Part shown: positions 8,246 to 18,234 of the stretch, piece by piece
Layout: the number at the start of each line of letters is the position of its first letter
Position numbering within the stretch: the stretch's first letter is position 1
Source of the DNA: Bacilli bacterium
GTDB taxonomy: Bacteria > Bacillota_I > Bacilli_A > RFN20 > CAG-826
Assembly (NCBI GenBank): GCA_024696885.1
Contig: JAILGI010000044.1
Location: forward strand, 1 to 52,346
Length of the DNA stretch: 52,346 bases
Direction: 5' to 3'
The notes under the pieces: model-generated
What the model was told of the DNA's origin: nothing
Databases searched by the model: none
Seen by the model: the letters and a program-made list of their open reading frames with translations, nothing else
Program-made: the position numbers and the translations under genes

Positions 8246-10570
8246 ATGCCAAATAAACCTCAAAAACTCACACTCCCTATCATCATTACTCGTGGCACCA
8301 TCGTCTATCCTGGTACCCAAGAAGTGATTGATGCGGGAAGAGAAATCTCCATCAACGCAGTTAACGCTGGCAAGCGCGAAGCGGATTCCTTAGTGTTTAT
8401 GACTTCTCAATTTAATGAGGATGTCGATAACCCCACCGAAAACGATGTATATCTCGTTGGCACCCTTTGCCACATTATTTCCGTATCCCCTCGCCAAGGC
8501 TTTTATAAAGTCCGTATCGAAGGCGCGGAACGTGTCAGCTTAACTTCCATCAAATATGATGAAGATAACAAATACTATGTTGCCGAAGGCAAAATACTAC
8601 CATTACCCCTTCTTGAAGATGAGGTTAATGATGAATTATTAAGAGATTTGAAACAAACAATTGACCAATATCCGGACATTGTGGCGAAGATGCCTAAATC
8701 AATCTCTAACACCATTTCCCGCAGCAAAAACGTGGATGTTGTTTGCTATGCTTTAGCGAGCATTCTCGATGCTCCAGTGAAGACCAAACAAGCGATTTTA
8801 GAGTTAGATGATTTTAATCAACTCGTGGAAAACGCGAAAACTTTACTCAAAGGCGAACAACAAAAAACAGAACTTGAAAGAGGCATTCAAGATTCTGTCA
8901 GAGAAGCCGCGGAGAAGTCTCAAAAAGAATATTTCTTAAGAGAAAAATTAAAAGCGATTAAGAAAGAACTCGGTGAAGATAGTGGTTCTAATTCTCCAGA
9001 TGCCATCTTGGAAAAATTAGAAAATAACCCATATCCAGAACACATCAAGAAAAAGGTCAAATCCGAATTAAAGAAATTCGATATGATGCCTGGTGGTTCT
9101 TTAGAAGCCGCTTTAATTCAATCTTATTTAGACGTAGTCATGAATGTCCCCTGGTGGCAAAAAACCGAAGACAACAATGACTTACATAACGTCGAAAAGA
9201 TACTCGATGAAGATCATTACGGATTAGAAGATCCCAAAAAGAGAATTATCGAATATCTTGCGGTTAAGAAATTAACCGGCAATTTAAAGAGCCCTATTCT
9301 CTGTTTCTATGGCCCACCTGGAACTGGTAAAACCAGTTTAGGTAAATCTATCGCTCGCGCTTTAGGAAGAAAATTCTTCAAAGCTAGCTTAGGTGGCATC
9401 TCTGATGAAGCGGAAATCCGCGGTCATAGAAGAACCTACGTTGGTTCCTTACCAGGCCGTATTATTCAAGGCATGCGTAAAGCGGGCGTTACTAACCCCG
9501 TCTTCCTCCTTGATGAAGTCGATAAACTCGCTAGTTCTTATAAAGGCGACCCCGCAAGCGCTCTTTTAGAGGTGTTGGATCCCGAACAAAATAATCAATT
9601 CAACGATAACTACTTAGAAGAACCATATGATTTAAGCGATGTCTTATTCATTTGCACCGCTAACTATTTAGATCAAATTCCTGGTCCTTTAAGAGATCGT
9701 TTAGAATTGATCCAACTTTCCAGTTATACCGAAATTGAAAAGATTCACATCGCTAAAGAACACTTAGTGAAAAAGCAAATCGAAATTAACGGTTTAAAAG
9801 AAGAAGATGTCTCCTTTACCGATGGAGCTATTACTTTCATCATCCGTGCTTATACACGCGAAGCAGGCGTGCGTAACTTAGAAAGAAAAATTGCGGCATG
9901 CTTAAGAAAAGTCGCCGTTGCGATCGTCAAAGATCCTAAACTTGGTCACACTGAAATCGATGAAGAAAAGGTCAGAGAATACCTCGGAACACCAATTTTT
10001 GAAGACACCAAGAAGGAAAAAGAACCACAAGTGGGTGTCGTTACTGGCCTCGCTTACACCGAATACGGTGGTGACATCTTGCCAATTGAAGTTAATTACT
10101 TCAAAGGAAAAGGTGGACTTGTTTTAACCGGTAATTTAGGTGATGTCATGAAAGAAAGTGCCTCCATTGCTTTAGACTATGTGAAGAGCAACGCTGAACA
10201 CTTCAATATCGATGCCTCTTTATTCGGCGAAAATGACATTCATATTCACGTCCCAGAAGGCGCAGTGCCAAAAGATGGTCCAAGCGCTGGTGTCGCAATT
10301 ACAACCGCCATCATTTCTTGTTTAAGCAAGACTCCTGTTGACTCTAACGTCGCTATGACAGGTGAAGTTACACTTCGCGGTAACGCTCTTGCTATCGGTG
10401 GATTAAGAGAAAAATCCCTCGCCGCTTTAAGAAGTGGTATTACAACCATTATCGTTCCTAAAGACAACAAGAAAGATGTCGATGAACTTCCTAAGGAAGT
10501 TAAAGATAATTTAAACATCATCTACATGTCCAGCGTTGATGACGCTGTCAAGGTGGCGTTACTTAAATAA
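8246..10570 (+). CDS. lon: ATP-dependent Lon protease (LonA)
   Basis: Walker A GPPGTGKTS, catalytic PKDGPSAGV, 774 aa, strong RBS AAGGAGG. Confidence 0.95.
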   Translation: MPNKPQKLTLPIIITRGTIVYPGTQEVIDAGREISINAVNAGKREADSLVFMTSQFNEDVDNPTENDVYLVGTLCHIISVSPRQGFYKVRIEGAERVSLTSIKYDEDNKYYVAEGKILPLPLLEDEVNDELLRDLKQTIDQYPDIVAKMPKSISNTISRSKNVDVVCYALASILDAPVKTKQAILELDDFNQLVENAKTLLKGEQQKTELERGIQDSVREAAEKSQKEYFLREKLKAIKKELGEDSGSNSPDAILEKLENNPYPEHIKKKVKSELKKFDMMPGGSLEAALIQSYLDVVMNVPWWQKTEDNNDLHNVEKILDEDHYGLEDPKKRIIEYLAVKKLTGNLKSPILCFYGPPGTGKTSLGKSIARALGRKFFKASLGGISDEAEIRGHRRTYVGSLPGRIIQGMRKAGVTNPVFLLDEVDKLASSYKGDPASALLEVLDPEQNNQFNDNYLEEPYDLSDVLFICTANYLDQIPGPLRDRLELIQLSSYTEIEKIHIAKEHLVKKQIEINGLKEEDVSFTDGAITFIIRAYTREAGVRNLERKIAACLRKVAVAIVKDPKLGHTEIDEEKVREYLGTPIFEDTKKEKEPQVGVVTGLAYTEYGGDILPIEVNYFKGKGGLVLTGNLGDVMKESASIALDYVKSNAEHFNIDASLFGENDIHIHVPEGAVPKDGPSAGVAITTAIISCLSKTPVDSNVAMTGEVTLRGNALAIGGLREKSLAALRSGITTIIVPKDNKKDVDELPKEVKDNLNIIYMSSVDDAVKVALLK

Positions 10571-10572
10571 TT

Positions 10573-11151
10573 ATGATTAATTTCGCTAACGTTACTTTTA
10601 TCAAATCCGCGCCAAGCATCACGGATGCCCCTCAAGGTGGTTATCCGGAAGTTTTGATCGTCGGAAAAAGTAACGTTGGCAAATCATCATTAATCAACGC
10701 GTTATGTTCGCGTAAATCCCTCGCTTTTACATCTTCTAAACCAGGCCATACACGTCTATTAAATTATTACGAAGTTGATAAACGCTTCTACCTCGTGGAC
10801 GCTCCTGGGTATGGTTACGCAAAAGGGGGAGTTAATCTCGATCGTTTATTCGGTGAGATGATGGATGAATATTTTCAAAAAGCGACACGCTTAAAACTCG
10901 TCCTCATCTTGCTCGATTCGAGAAGAAATTTAGAGGAAAACGATTTAGAAATTCTTTCATTTATGAAAGAATATAACTACAATTATTACCTTGTAATCAC
11001 GAAAGTTGATAAGGTCAATCAAAGTGAGAAAGCAAAGTTAAATACGCATTTAAAAGAATGCAAAATTGATGAAAGTCGCATCTTCTATACGAGTAGTCTT
11101 GATAAGAATACTCTTACAAAATTAAAAAGTGGCATTGAAAAAGCCCTTTAA
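10573..11151 (+). CDS. engB: ribosome biogenesis GTPase EngB/YsxC
   Basis: GKSNVGKSSLIN and DAPGYG motifs. Position after lon matches B. subtilis lonA-ysxC. Confidence 0.9.
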   Translation: MINFANVTFIKSAPSITDAPQGGYPEVLIVGKSNVGKSSLINALCSRKSLAFTSSKPGHTRLLNYYEVDKRFYLVDAPGYGYAKGGVNLDRLFGEMMDEYFQKATRLKLVLILLDSRRNLEENDLEILSFMKEYNYNYYLVITKVDKVNQSEKAKLNTHLKECKIDESRIFYTSSLDKNTLTKLKSGIEKAL

Positions 11152-11171
11152 TAAAATTATTATTAACATAT

Positions 11172-11368
11172 ATTGATGAATTCCAGTGAAGAAGAGGAGT
11201 AGCTTAACACTCTTGGAATAGAGATTCGGGGATGGTGGAAGCCTGAAACAAGAATTAAGTGAAGGTCGCTTTGGAGGAATAGTTGCCTAGCGAAAATAGG
11301 TTAATAAGTGCGTCGCAAGACGAACTAAGGTGGTACCACGCGTAAGCGTCCTTAGAGGGCGTTTTTTA
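11172..11368 (+). promoter_or_regulatory. T-box leader (tRNA-sensing riboswitch) of valS
   Basis: TGATGA K-turn region (about 11173), AGAGA (11220..11224), distal-loop GGTGGAA (11234..11240) and the T-box sequence AAGGTGGTACCACGCG (11327..11342). These are followed by a short hairpin plus TTTTTT (11347..11367). A possible GUC (Val) specifier lies at 11265..11267, but I am not certain of it. Confidence 0.8.
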
Positions 11369-11388
11369 TTGCCCAGAAGGAGAGAGTT

Positions 11389-13983
11389 ATGTTAGACAAA
11401 CGTTACGACCCACATCAAGTGGAACAAGGCAAGTATGACAAATGGAAAGAGGCTGGTTATTTTACCGCTGGAGACAAGAGCAAACAACCATTTTCCATTG
11501 TTATTCCCCCACCAAATGTAACCGGAAAATTACATCTTGGTCACGCTTGGGACACAACCATTCAAGATATTATTGCTCGTTATAAAAAAATGTGCGGATA
11601 TGATGTTTGTTATCTTCCTGGAATGGATCACGCTGGCATCGCTACACAAGCCAAAGTTATGGATAAATTATCCAAATCTGGCATTGATGTGACCAAGATT
11701 AGCCGTGAATTCTTTCTTCAGAAAGCCTGGGAATGGAAAGACGAATATGCCTTAAACATTCATGAACAATGGAAAAAGATGGGTTTAGCCCTTGATTATA
11801 GCAAAGAAAGATTCACATTAGATGAAGGTTTAAACTATGCGGTGAGAACCGTTTTTAAGACTTTATATGACCATGGATTAATCTATCAAGGTGAAAAGAT
11901 CATTAACTGGGATCCAGTCCAAATGACCGCGTTAAGTAACATAGAAGTTATCCACCAAGATGACCCAGGTGAAATGTTCTATTTTAAATATCCTATCGTC
12001 GATTCTGATGAATATTTAATCGTCGCCACAACAAGACCAGAAACCATGTTTGGTGATGTTTGTGTTGTCGTCAATCCTAACGATGAAAGATATAAGAAAT
12101 ATGTGGGAATGAAGGTTATAAATCCCGCGAACGGTGACATTATTCCATTAATCGCTGATGAATATGTCGATTTAGAGTTTGGAACAGGCGCTATGAAGTG
12201 TACACCAGCTCATGATCCTAATGACTTCCTCATTGGTGAAAAATATCATTTTGCAAAACCAATTATCTTTAATAAGAACGCGACAATGAATAGCTTATGC
12301 GGTAAATACGAAGGCATGGATCGCTTTGAATGCCGTAAAGCCCTTGTTGAACAAATCAAAAAAGATGGCAATTTCATCAAAATTGAAAAGATTGTTCACC
12401 CAGTCGGTCACTCTGAAAGAACTAACGCCGTTGTAGAACCAATGCTTTCCAAACAATGGTTTGTGAAAATGCGTCCTTTAGCGGAACAAGCATTAGCGAA
12501 CCAAAAGAATAAAGATAACCGTGTTGACTTCGTTCCATCTCGTTTTGAAAACGTCTTCACACAATGGATGGAAAAGGTCGATGACTGGTGCATTTCCCGT
12601 CAATTATGGTGGGGCCATCGTATTCCTGCTTATTATAATAAGCATACAGGCGAAGTTCTCGTCAGTGTGGATGAACCGAAAGACAAAGAAAATTGGGTGC
12701 AAGACGAAGATGTTTTAGACACTTGGTTCTCCTCTCAATTATGGCCATTTTCCACTTGGGGTTGGCCAAATGACACTGATGATTTAAAACGCTATTTCCC
12801 AACCGATTGCTTAGTCACTGGTTATGACATTATATTCTTCTGGGTCTCTAGAATGATTTTTGAGTCATTAGAAATGACACAAAAGAGACCATTTAAAGAA
12901 GTTGTTATCCACGGCTTAGTACGTGATGAATTAGGTAGGAAAATGTCTAAATCCCTCGGCAATGGTGTTGATCCAATCGAAGTTATTGACCATTATGGTG
13001 CGGACGCTTTGCGTTACTTCTTAACCACAAATAGCACCCCTGGACAAGATATGCGTTATATCGATGAAAAAGTCGCCGCCAGTGGTAATTATTTAAATAA
13101 AATATGGAATTCCGCACGTTACGTTTTAAGCGTCTTACCGGAGAATTTCAAAATCCAAGAAATCAAAAAGGAACTTTTATCCCCAATTGATAAATGGATT
13201 ATCAACCGTTTAGAACTCACAATTGAACGTGTAACAAGTAACATGAACAAATATGATTTCAACGCAGCAAGCAACCATTTATACAATTTTGTCTACGATG
13301 ATTTCTGTTCACAATACTTAGAGATGAGTAAAGTGGCGTTAAATTCATCTGATGAAAATAAAAAGAATACAACATACCAAGTGTTGGTTAAATGTTTGAA
13401 GAATATCATCCTCTTAATTTACCCATATACACCTTTCATTGCTGAGGAATTATATCTCAATTTACCTAACCATTTAGAAAGCGTTATGCTAGAAAGATAC
13501 CCCGTCTACGAAGAGGGTTTAATCGATGAGTCTATCAACGCTGAAATCGAGTTGTTATTCAACATCATTAGGGATGTTAGAAACTATAAAATTGAGAACA
13601 AAATTGCCCCTAACGCAAAGCTCGATTTATCTCTCTATCTTAAGATAAAAACATTTGATGAATTCTTAACTTATTTAAATAGATTCACATTCTCAAATGT
13701 CTCTTTAGTGGGTGAGGAAATTCTCAATCAAAAAGGCGAGACAAAAGCTTATCACGATGCGATTTTAAATATCGTCAATGAAGCCGGTAAAGAAGAGGCT
13801 ATCAAGCGCTTAGAAAAAGAGATTGAAAATGAGCAAAACGAAATCATGCGTGGTGAGAAAATGCTCTCTAATCCTAACTTCATCAACAAGGCTCCAAAAG
13901 AAAAGGTGGAACTTGAAGAAAGTAAGTTAAAAAAACACCGCGAGGCTCTCGCTTCTTTACTTGAAAAAAGAAAAAATATTTAA
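11389..13983 (+). CDS. valS: valine--tRNA ligase
   Basis: HIGH-type KLHLGHAWD, KMSKS, C-terminal coiled coil; 864 aa. Confidence 0.95.
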   Translation: MLDKRYDPHQVEQGKYDKWKEAGYFTAGDKSKQPFSIVIPPPNVTGKLHLGHAWDTTIQDIIARYKKMCGYDVCYLPGMDHAGIATQAKVMDKLSKSGIDVTKISREFFLQKAWEWKDEYALNIHEQWKKMGLALDYSKERFTLDEGLNYAVRTVFKTLYDHGLIYQGEKIINWDPVQMTALSNIEVIHQDDPGEMFYFKYPIVDSDEYLIVATTRPETMFGDVCVVVNPNDERYKKYVGMKVINPANGDIIPLIADEYVDLEFGTGAMKCTPAHDPNDFLIGEKYHFAKPIIFNKNATMNSLCGKYEGMDRFECRKALVEQIKKDGNFIKIEKIVHPVGHSERTNAVVEPMLSKQWFVKMRPLAEQALANQKNKDNRVDFVPSRFENVFTQWMEKVDDWCISRQLWWGHRIPAYYNKHTGEVLVSVDEPKDKENWVQDEDVLDTWFSSQLWPFSTWGWPNDTDDLKRYFPTDCLVTGYDIIFFWVSRMIFESLEMTQKRPFKEVVIHGLVRDELGRKMSKSLGNGVDPIEVIDHYGADALRYFLTTNSTPGQDMRYIDEKVAASGNYLNKIWNSARYVLSVLPENFKIQEIKKELLSPIDKWIINRLELTIERVTSNMNKYDFNAASNHLYNFVYDDFCSQYLEMSKVALNSSDENKKNTTYQVLVKCLKNIILLIYPYTPFIAEELYLNLPNHLESVMLERYPVYEEGLIDESINAEIELLFNIIRDVRNYKIENKIAPNAKLDLSLYLKIKTFDEFLTYLNRFTFSNVSLVGEEILNQKGETKAYHDAILNIVNEAGKEEAIKRLEKEIENEQNEIMRGEKMLSNPNFINKAPKEKVELEESKLKKHREALASLLEKRKNI

Positions 13984-14048
13984 AAATTTTCATAAAAAGT
14001 GAAAATAATTAACGAAAAATCTCCGATATGTTTATAGGAGGTTTTTTT

Positions 14049-14231
14049 ATGAAATACACTTTATTAACTGAACAAGAAATGGAAGAAACAAAAGGTGGAG
14101 GAGCAGTTACGCTTGTCACCGTTATGACAGTATTGTGCGCGTCTATAATCGCGGTCGTGGTATATCGTTTATTTATGTCTTCTAAAGGAAGCGCCACCGT
14201 TCCTGGCGGTTGGAAATTCACTTGGAACTAA
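14049..14231 (+). CDS. 60-aa peptide with a double-glycine-type leader and a hydrophobic core (bacteriocin-like or small membrane peptide)
   Basis: AGGAGG (14035..14040) lies 8 nt before ATG 14049. Sequence: MKYTLLTEQEMEETKGG / GAVTLVTVMTVLCASIIAVVVYRLFMSSKGSATVPGGWKFTWN. Its stop codon TAA directly abuts the TTG start of radC. Confidence 0.6.
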   Translation: MKYTLLTEQEMEETKGGGAVTLVTVMTVLCASIIAVVVYRLFMSSKGSATVPGGWKFTWN

Positions 14232-14936
14232 TTGAGCACTTTTAAAGATAGACCTGTTTTCGAAAAGCCGAGAGAAAAGGCTCTCATGTTTGGCGTGGAA
14301 AAGCTCACAGATGATGAACTTTTGGCGCTTCTATTAGGAACTGGCACCATAGGTGTTTCGGTTTTAGAGTTAGCACATTCTCTAATTGCAGATAATGGAG
14401 GTCTTTTCAATCTCTTTCGAAAATCATATTCAGCGCTTCTCGATGTCAAAGGCATTGGACCAGGAAAAGCTTTGCTTCTTTCCGCTTGCTTTGAACTAAG
14501 CAAAAGATACGAAACGAGTCGTTTCATCGGGAAAGAAGAAATCGTGAACACTGAGAAATTATATCAAAGATATGTTGGCAAACTTTGCACATTAAATTAC
14601 GAATCTTTAGTCATTGTCATTTTGGATAGCAAAAGGAAGGTGGTCCATGAAGAAACGATGTACAAAGGTAGTGAAGATGCAGTTGTTTGTCACCCTATTG
14701 AAATCTTGAAAAAGGTCATTTTACATAATGGTCGATATTACTATTTACTCCATAATCATCCCAGTGGGAATTCCACCCCATCATCAGACGATGTCGCTTT
14801 AACCGCAGAGTTGGTTTCAAATGTGGGAAAACTAAGAGTAAAACTACTTGATCACATCATTATTGCCAGAGATGGTTACTATTCTTTTTTGGAAATGAAA
14901 AAGAGAGGGACAAAACGCCTTTTAGATTGGAACTAA
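14232..14936 (+). CDS. radC: RadC-family JAB/MPN domain protein
   Basis: N-terminal FEKPREKAL...LTDDELLALLLGTG and JAB motif HNHPSG. A TTG start at 14232 is required to keep the conserved N-terminus. Confidence 0.85.
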   Translation: MSTFKDRPVFEKPREKALMFGVEKLTDDELLALLLGTGTIGVSVLELAHSLIADNGGLFNLFRKSYSALLDVKGIGPGKALLLSACFELSKRYETSRFIGKEEIVNTEKLYQRYVGKLCTLNYESLVIVILDSKRKVVHEETMYKGSEDAVVCHPIEILKKVILHNGRYYYLLHNHPSGNSTPSSDDVALTAELVSNVGKLRVKLLDHIIIARDGYYSFLEMKKRGTKRLLDWN

Positions 14937-14954
14937 AAATACCCAAAATAATAA

Positions 14955-14984
14955 TTGACCGAATCATATAATATATGATATATT
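14955..14984 (+). promoter_or_regulatory. candidate promoter of the rplU operon
   Basis: TTGACC (14955..14960), an 18-nt spacer, then extended -10 TGaTATATT (14976..14984). Confidence 0.5.
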
Positions 14985-14989
14985 ACTAA

Positions 14990-15085
14990 CGTTGTCGCCT
15001 CACTAGCTACAACCGCATAGAAGAGGTTATAGAAATCCTATTAAGGATACCTTAATAGCGAGTCATTAGTGAATCTTTCAAAGGA
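14990..15085 (+). ncRNA. structured 5' leader of rplU (L21-leader-like)
   Basis: A perfect 9-bp hairpin, CTATTAAGG-ATA-CCTTAATAG (15038..15058), sits inside a ~100-nt untranslated leader. This is the location of the Firmicutes L21 leader; its identity was not verified. Confidence 0.45.
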
Positions 15086-15093
15086 GGGACATT

Positions 15094-15402
15094 ATGTACG
15101 CAATTATTGAAACTGGCGGAAAGCAAATTCGCGTTGAAGTAGGCTCCAAAATTTTCGTTGAAAAGTTAGAAGCAGAAGTCGGCGCTACAGTGACATTAGA
15201 CAAAGTTTTATTTGTCGGTGGCAAATCTATCAAAGTTGGTGCACCTTATGTTGAAGGCGCTACCGTTTCCGCAAAAGTTGAAAAACAAGGAAAATCCAAA
15301 AAAATCCGTGTCTTCAAGTACAAAGCAAAAGCGAACGAACACAAGACCATCGGTCATCGTCAACCATTCACTTGCTTAGTTATCGAAGCCATTAATGCCT
15401 AA
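15094..15402 (+). CDS. rplU: 50S ribosomal protein L21
   Basis: [17 protein letters not shown]..., 102 aa. Confidence 0.95.
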   Translation: MYAIIETGGKQIRVEVGSKIFVEKLEAEVGATVTLDKVLFVGGKSIKVGAPYVEGATVSAKVEKQGKSKKIRVFKYKAKANEHKTIGHRQPFTCLVIEAINA

Positions 15403-15404
15403 TC

Positions 15405-15719
15405 ATGACAAAAATTACTGTTAGGTATCAAAGCACAGGCGAATTCATTTCATTAAAGAGTGAAGGCCACGCTGATAGTGCACCAAAAGGTGAAGACTTA
15501 GTGTGTGCTGCGATTAGTGGTGTTATCCTCGGAGGCATTAATGCCCTAGAAGAAAAACACTTCCAAATCAAAGTTAATGAAAAACAAGGAAATATTGAAC
15601 TGTGCAATGTCGGAAAAATGAACGAACACGATAACGTTGTTATCGAAGTTATCGTCAGTCAATTGCAATCAATCGCAAGAGACAATCCGAAATTTATGAA
15701 AATATCGGTTGAAAAATAA
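15405..15719 (+). CDS. prp: ribosomal-processing cysteine protease Prp (YsxB)
   Basis: GHA...DLVCAAISG His/Cys dyad context; lies between rplU and rpmA. Confidence 0.85.
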   Translation: MTKITVRYQSTGEFISLKSEGHADSAPKGEDLVCAAISGVILGGINALEEKHFQIKVNEKQGNIELCNVGKMNEHDNVVIEVIVSQLQSIARDNPKFMKISVEK

Positions 15720-15742
15720 TCGATAGAAAGGAATGAGAAACT

Positions 15743-16030
15743 ATGTATATTAGAGTAAACTTACAATTCTTTGCTTCTAAAAAAGGTGTTGGTTCCACGA
15801 AAAATGGTCGTGATTCTGCTGGTCGTCGTTTAGGCGCGAAAGTTGCTGACGGTCAATGGTGCCACTGCGGTTCCATTATCTATCGTCAAAGAGGCACGAA
15901 GATTTATCCAGGAGAAAATACCAAACTTGGTAAAGACGACACTGTCTTTGCCACAGCAAGCGGTGTTGTTAAATATTATCGCGTTGGCAAAGATCGCACA
16001 GCGGTCAAAGTTGTACCAAGCGAAAGATAA
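15743..16030 (+). CDS. rpmA: 50S ribosomal protein L27 (with N-terminal propeptide)
   Basis: [25 protein letters not shown] carries the Firmicutes Prp cleavage motif. Confidence 0.95.
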   Translation: MYIRVNLQFFASKKGVGSTKNGRDSAGRRLGAKVADGQWCHCGSIIYRQRGTKIYPGENTKLGKDDTVFATASGVVKYYRVGKDRTAVKVVPSER

Positions 16031-16052
16031 TTTAGCGTAACAAAGAATGAAG

Positions 16053-16077
16053 AAAGACCACAATTTAGTGGTCTTTT
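16053..16077 (+). terminator. rho-independent terminator after rpmA
   Basis: AAAGACCAC - AATTTA - GTGGTCTTT, followed by T-rich sequence. Confidence 0.8.
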
Positions 16078-16113
16078 ATTTTATATTATTTTATAATATC
16101 TTTAGGTAATTCT

Positions 16114-17391
16114 ATGTTTATTGATCGTGCAGTAGTAGAAGTAAGAAGTGGTAAAGGAGGCGACGGCGCCATTAGCTTTTTACACGCCAAATACGTTCCA
16201 AATGGTGGACCTGATGGTGGTAATGGAGGACGTGGCGCCTCCATCTATTTCCGTGCGAGTAGAACAATTACCACACTTTTAAATTTCCGTCATTCCAAAA
16301 CCTTTATTGGTCAAGATGGTGGTAAGGGTGACATCAAGAATCAATACGGCAAATATGCAGAAGATGTCTATATTGATGTTCCTATCGGCACGGTTATCTT
16401 TGAAGAAGAAGGCCATAAATTCCTCGGCGATTTAAATGAGGAAGGAAAAGTTGTATGCGCCGCTAAAGGTGGTAGAGGTGGTCGTGGAAACTCCATGTTC
16501 AAATCACCCACAAACCGCGCCCCTAAGATTGCCGAAAACGGTGAACCAGGCGAAATAAAACGCATCATTTTAGAGCTAAAACTCCTCGCTGATGTGGGAT
16601 TAGTCGGTTATCCAAGCGTTGGTAAATCCACATTTTTAAGCGTTGTTAGCGCAGCTAAACCGGAAATCGCTGATTATCCATTCACCACAATCGTGCCTAA
16701 TTTAGGTGTTGTTAAAGTAAAAAATGGTTCTTCCTTCGTTATGGCGGATCTTCCGGGATTAATTGAAGGTGCCCATTTAGGTAAAGGTCTAGGATTACAA
16801 TTTCTCCGCCACATTGAAAGATGCCGCGTCATCATTCACATTATTGACTTAGGTGAATCTGGTCGTGATCCTTATAACGACTATTTGGTCATTAATGATG
16901 AACTAAAGAATTATGGTTTTGGTTTAGAGAAACGCCCCATGATTTTAGTGGCCAGTAAGATGGATGAAGAAGGGGCAAAAGAGCGCCTTGAAGTACTCAA
17001 AAAGCAAATTAATAAAGAAATATATCCTCTTTCTTCTTTATTAGAAGAAGGTGTGGACGCCATTTTATATGAATGCGCAAAATTATTAGAAACCACACCA
17101 ATTTTCCCACTTTATAGTGAAGATAGTGAGGAATTAGAACATAAAGTCTATTCCTTAGAGGAAGAAGAAAAAGAATTTGAAATTCGTCGATTAGACGCTC
17201 ATACGTGGAGAATTTTGGGTGACAAAATCATCAAATTCTATCGTATGACCAATATTTCTACGGATGAAGGCATGATGATTTTAATGAACCGTATCCGTAA
17301 ACTAAAGATCGATGATGAATTAGAAAAATTAGGAGCCACCGATGGTGATACAGTCATCCTCGATGATTTCTCCTTTGAATACGTGAGGTAA
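16114..17391 (+). CDS. obg: GTPase Obg/CgtA
   Basis: Glycine-rich Obg fold (GKGGDG, GGRGG), G1 GYPSVGKST, C-terminal OCT domain. Confidence 0.95.
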   Translation: MFIDRAVVEVRSGKGGDGAISFLHAKYVPNGGPDGGNGGRGASIYFRASRTITTLLNFRHSKTFIGQDGGKGDIKNQYGKYAEDVYIDVPIGTVIFEEEGHKFLGDLNEEGKVVCAAKGGRGGRGNSMFKSPTNRAPKIAENGEPGEIKRIILELKLLADVGLVGYPSVGKSTFLSVVSAAKPEIADYPFTTIVPNLGVVKVKNGSSFVMADLPGLIEGAHLGKGLGLQFLRHIERCRVIIHIIDLGESGRDPYNDYLVINDELKNYGFGLEKRPMILVASKMDEEGAKERLEVLKKQINKEIYPLSSLLEEGVDAILYECAKLLETTPIFPLYSEDSEELEHKVYSLEEEEKEFEIRRLDAHTWRILGDKIIKFYRMTNISTDEGMMILMNRIRKLKIDDELEKLGATDGDTVILDDFSFEYVR

Positions 17392-17394
17392 TTT

Positions 17395-18138
17395 ATGAAA
17401 CTCGAAGAATATTTAAAAGTCATTGAAAAATTCTTACAAGATTATCTCCAAAGCACAAATGCAAAAGGCTATGTTTTAGGCATCTCCGGAGGCGTTGATT
17501 CCTCTCTTGTTTCTGTTTTAACAAGAAAAGCGGTTGGAAAAGACAAAGTGACTGGCATTATGTTGCCCATTAATTCTTTAAAAGAAGATTTAGAAGATGC
17601 TTTAGAACTAGTCAAAGCCCACGATATTAACTATTTGGTTATCGATGGAAGCGATATTTTTAATCAATATGTGGAAGCTTTTAAAAAGCAAGGTGTGGAA
17701 TTAGACACCGCGACAAAGTCAAACTTAAAAGCGAGAATCCGTATGTCTATTCTTTATGCATACGCGCAAAAGAATAGTTTATTAGTCTTAGGCACTGATA
17801 ATAAGGATGAAAGATATACCGGCTATTTCACTAAACATGGTGATGGTGCGGCAGATTTATTCCCCATCGCTAAATTATTAAAAAGAGAAGTCGTGGAGGC
17901 TTCTAAAATATTAGGTATTTCCACCCGTCTAGCGGAAAGAGTGCCATCCGCTGGTCTATTCCCTGGACAAACTGACGAAAAGGAAATGGGCATTACCTAT
18001 AAGGAATTAGACGATTATTTAATTGGTAAACCAATTAATGAAGAAACAAAGAAGAGAATTGAATATTTACACCGCATTAGTGAGCATAAACGCGCGCTCA
18101 CTCCGGAACCAGAGGAATTTATTCGCGATGAAGAATAA
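17395..18138 (+). CDS. nadE: NH3-dependent NAD+ synthetase
   Basis: PP-loop SGGVDSS; 247 aa. Confidence 0.9.
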   Translation: MKLEEYLKVIEKFLQDYLQSTNAKGYVLGISGGVDSSLVSVLTRKAVGKDKVTGIMLPINSLKEDLEDALELVKAHDINYLVIDGSDIFNQYVEAFKKQGVELDTATKSNLKARIRMSILYAYAQKNSLLVLGTDNKDERYTGYFTKHGDGAADLFPIAKLLKREVVEASKILGISTRLAERVPSAGLFPGQTDEKEMGITYKELDDYLIGKPINEETKKRIEYLHRISEHKRALTPEPEEFIRDEE

Positions 18139-18234
18139 AGCGAAAGCCAGCGTTTTCTTCGCTTTCTTAAGCGGAGCAGTTATTCTTTCTATAATCTTAT
18201 TATTTATATTAGTGAACAGATAGGAGGTTATTCG

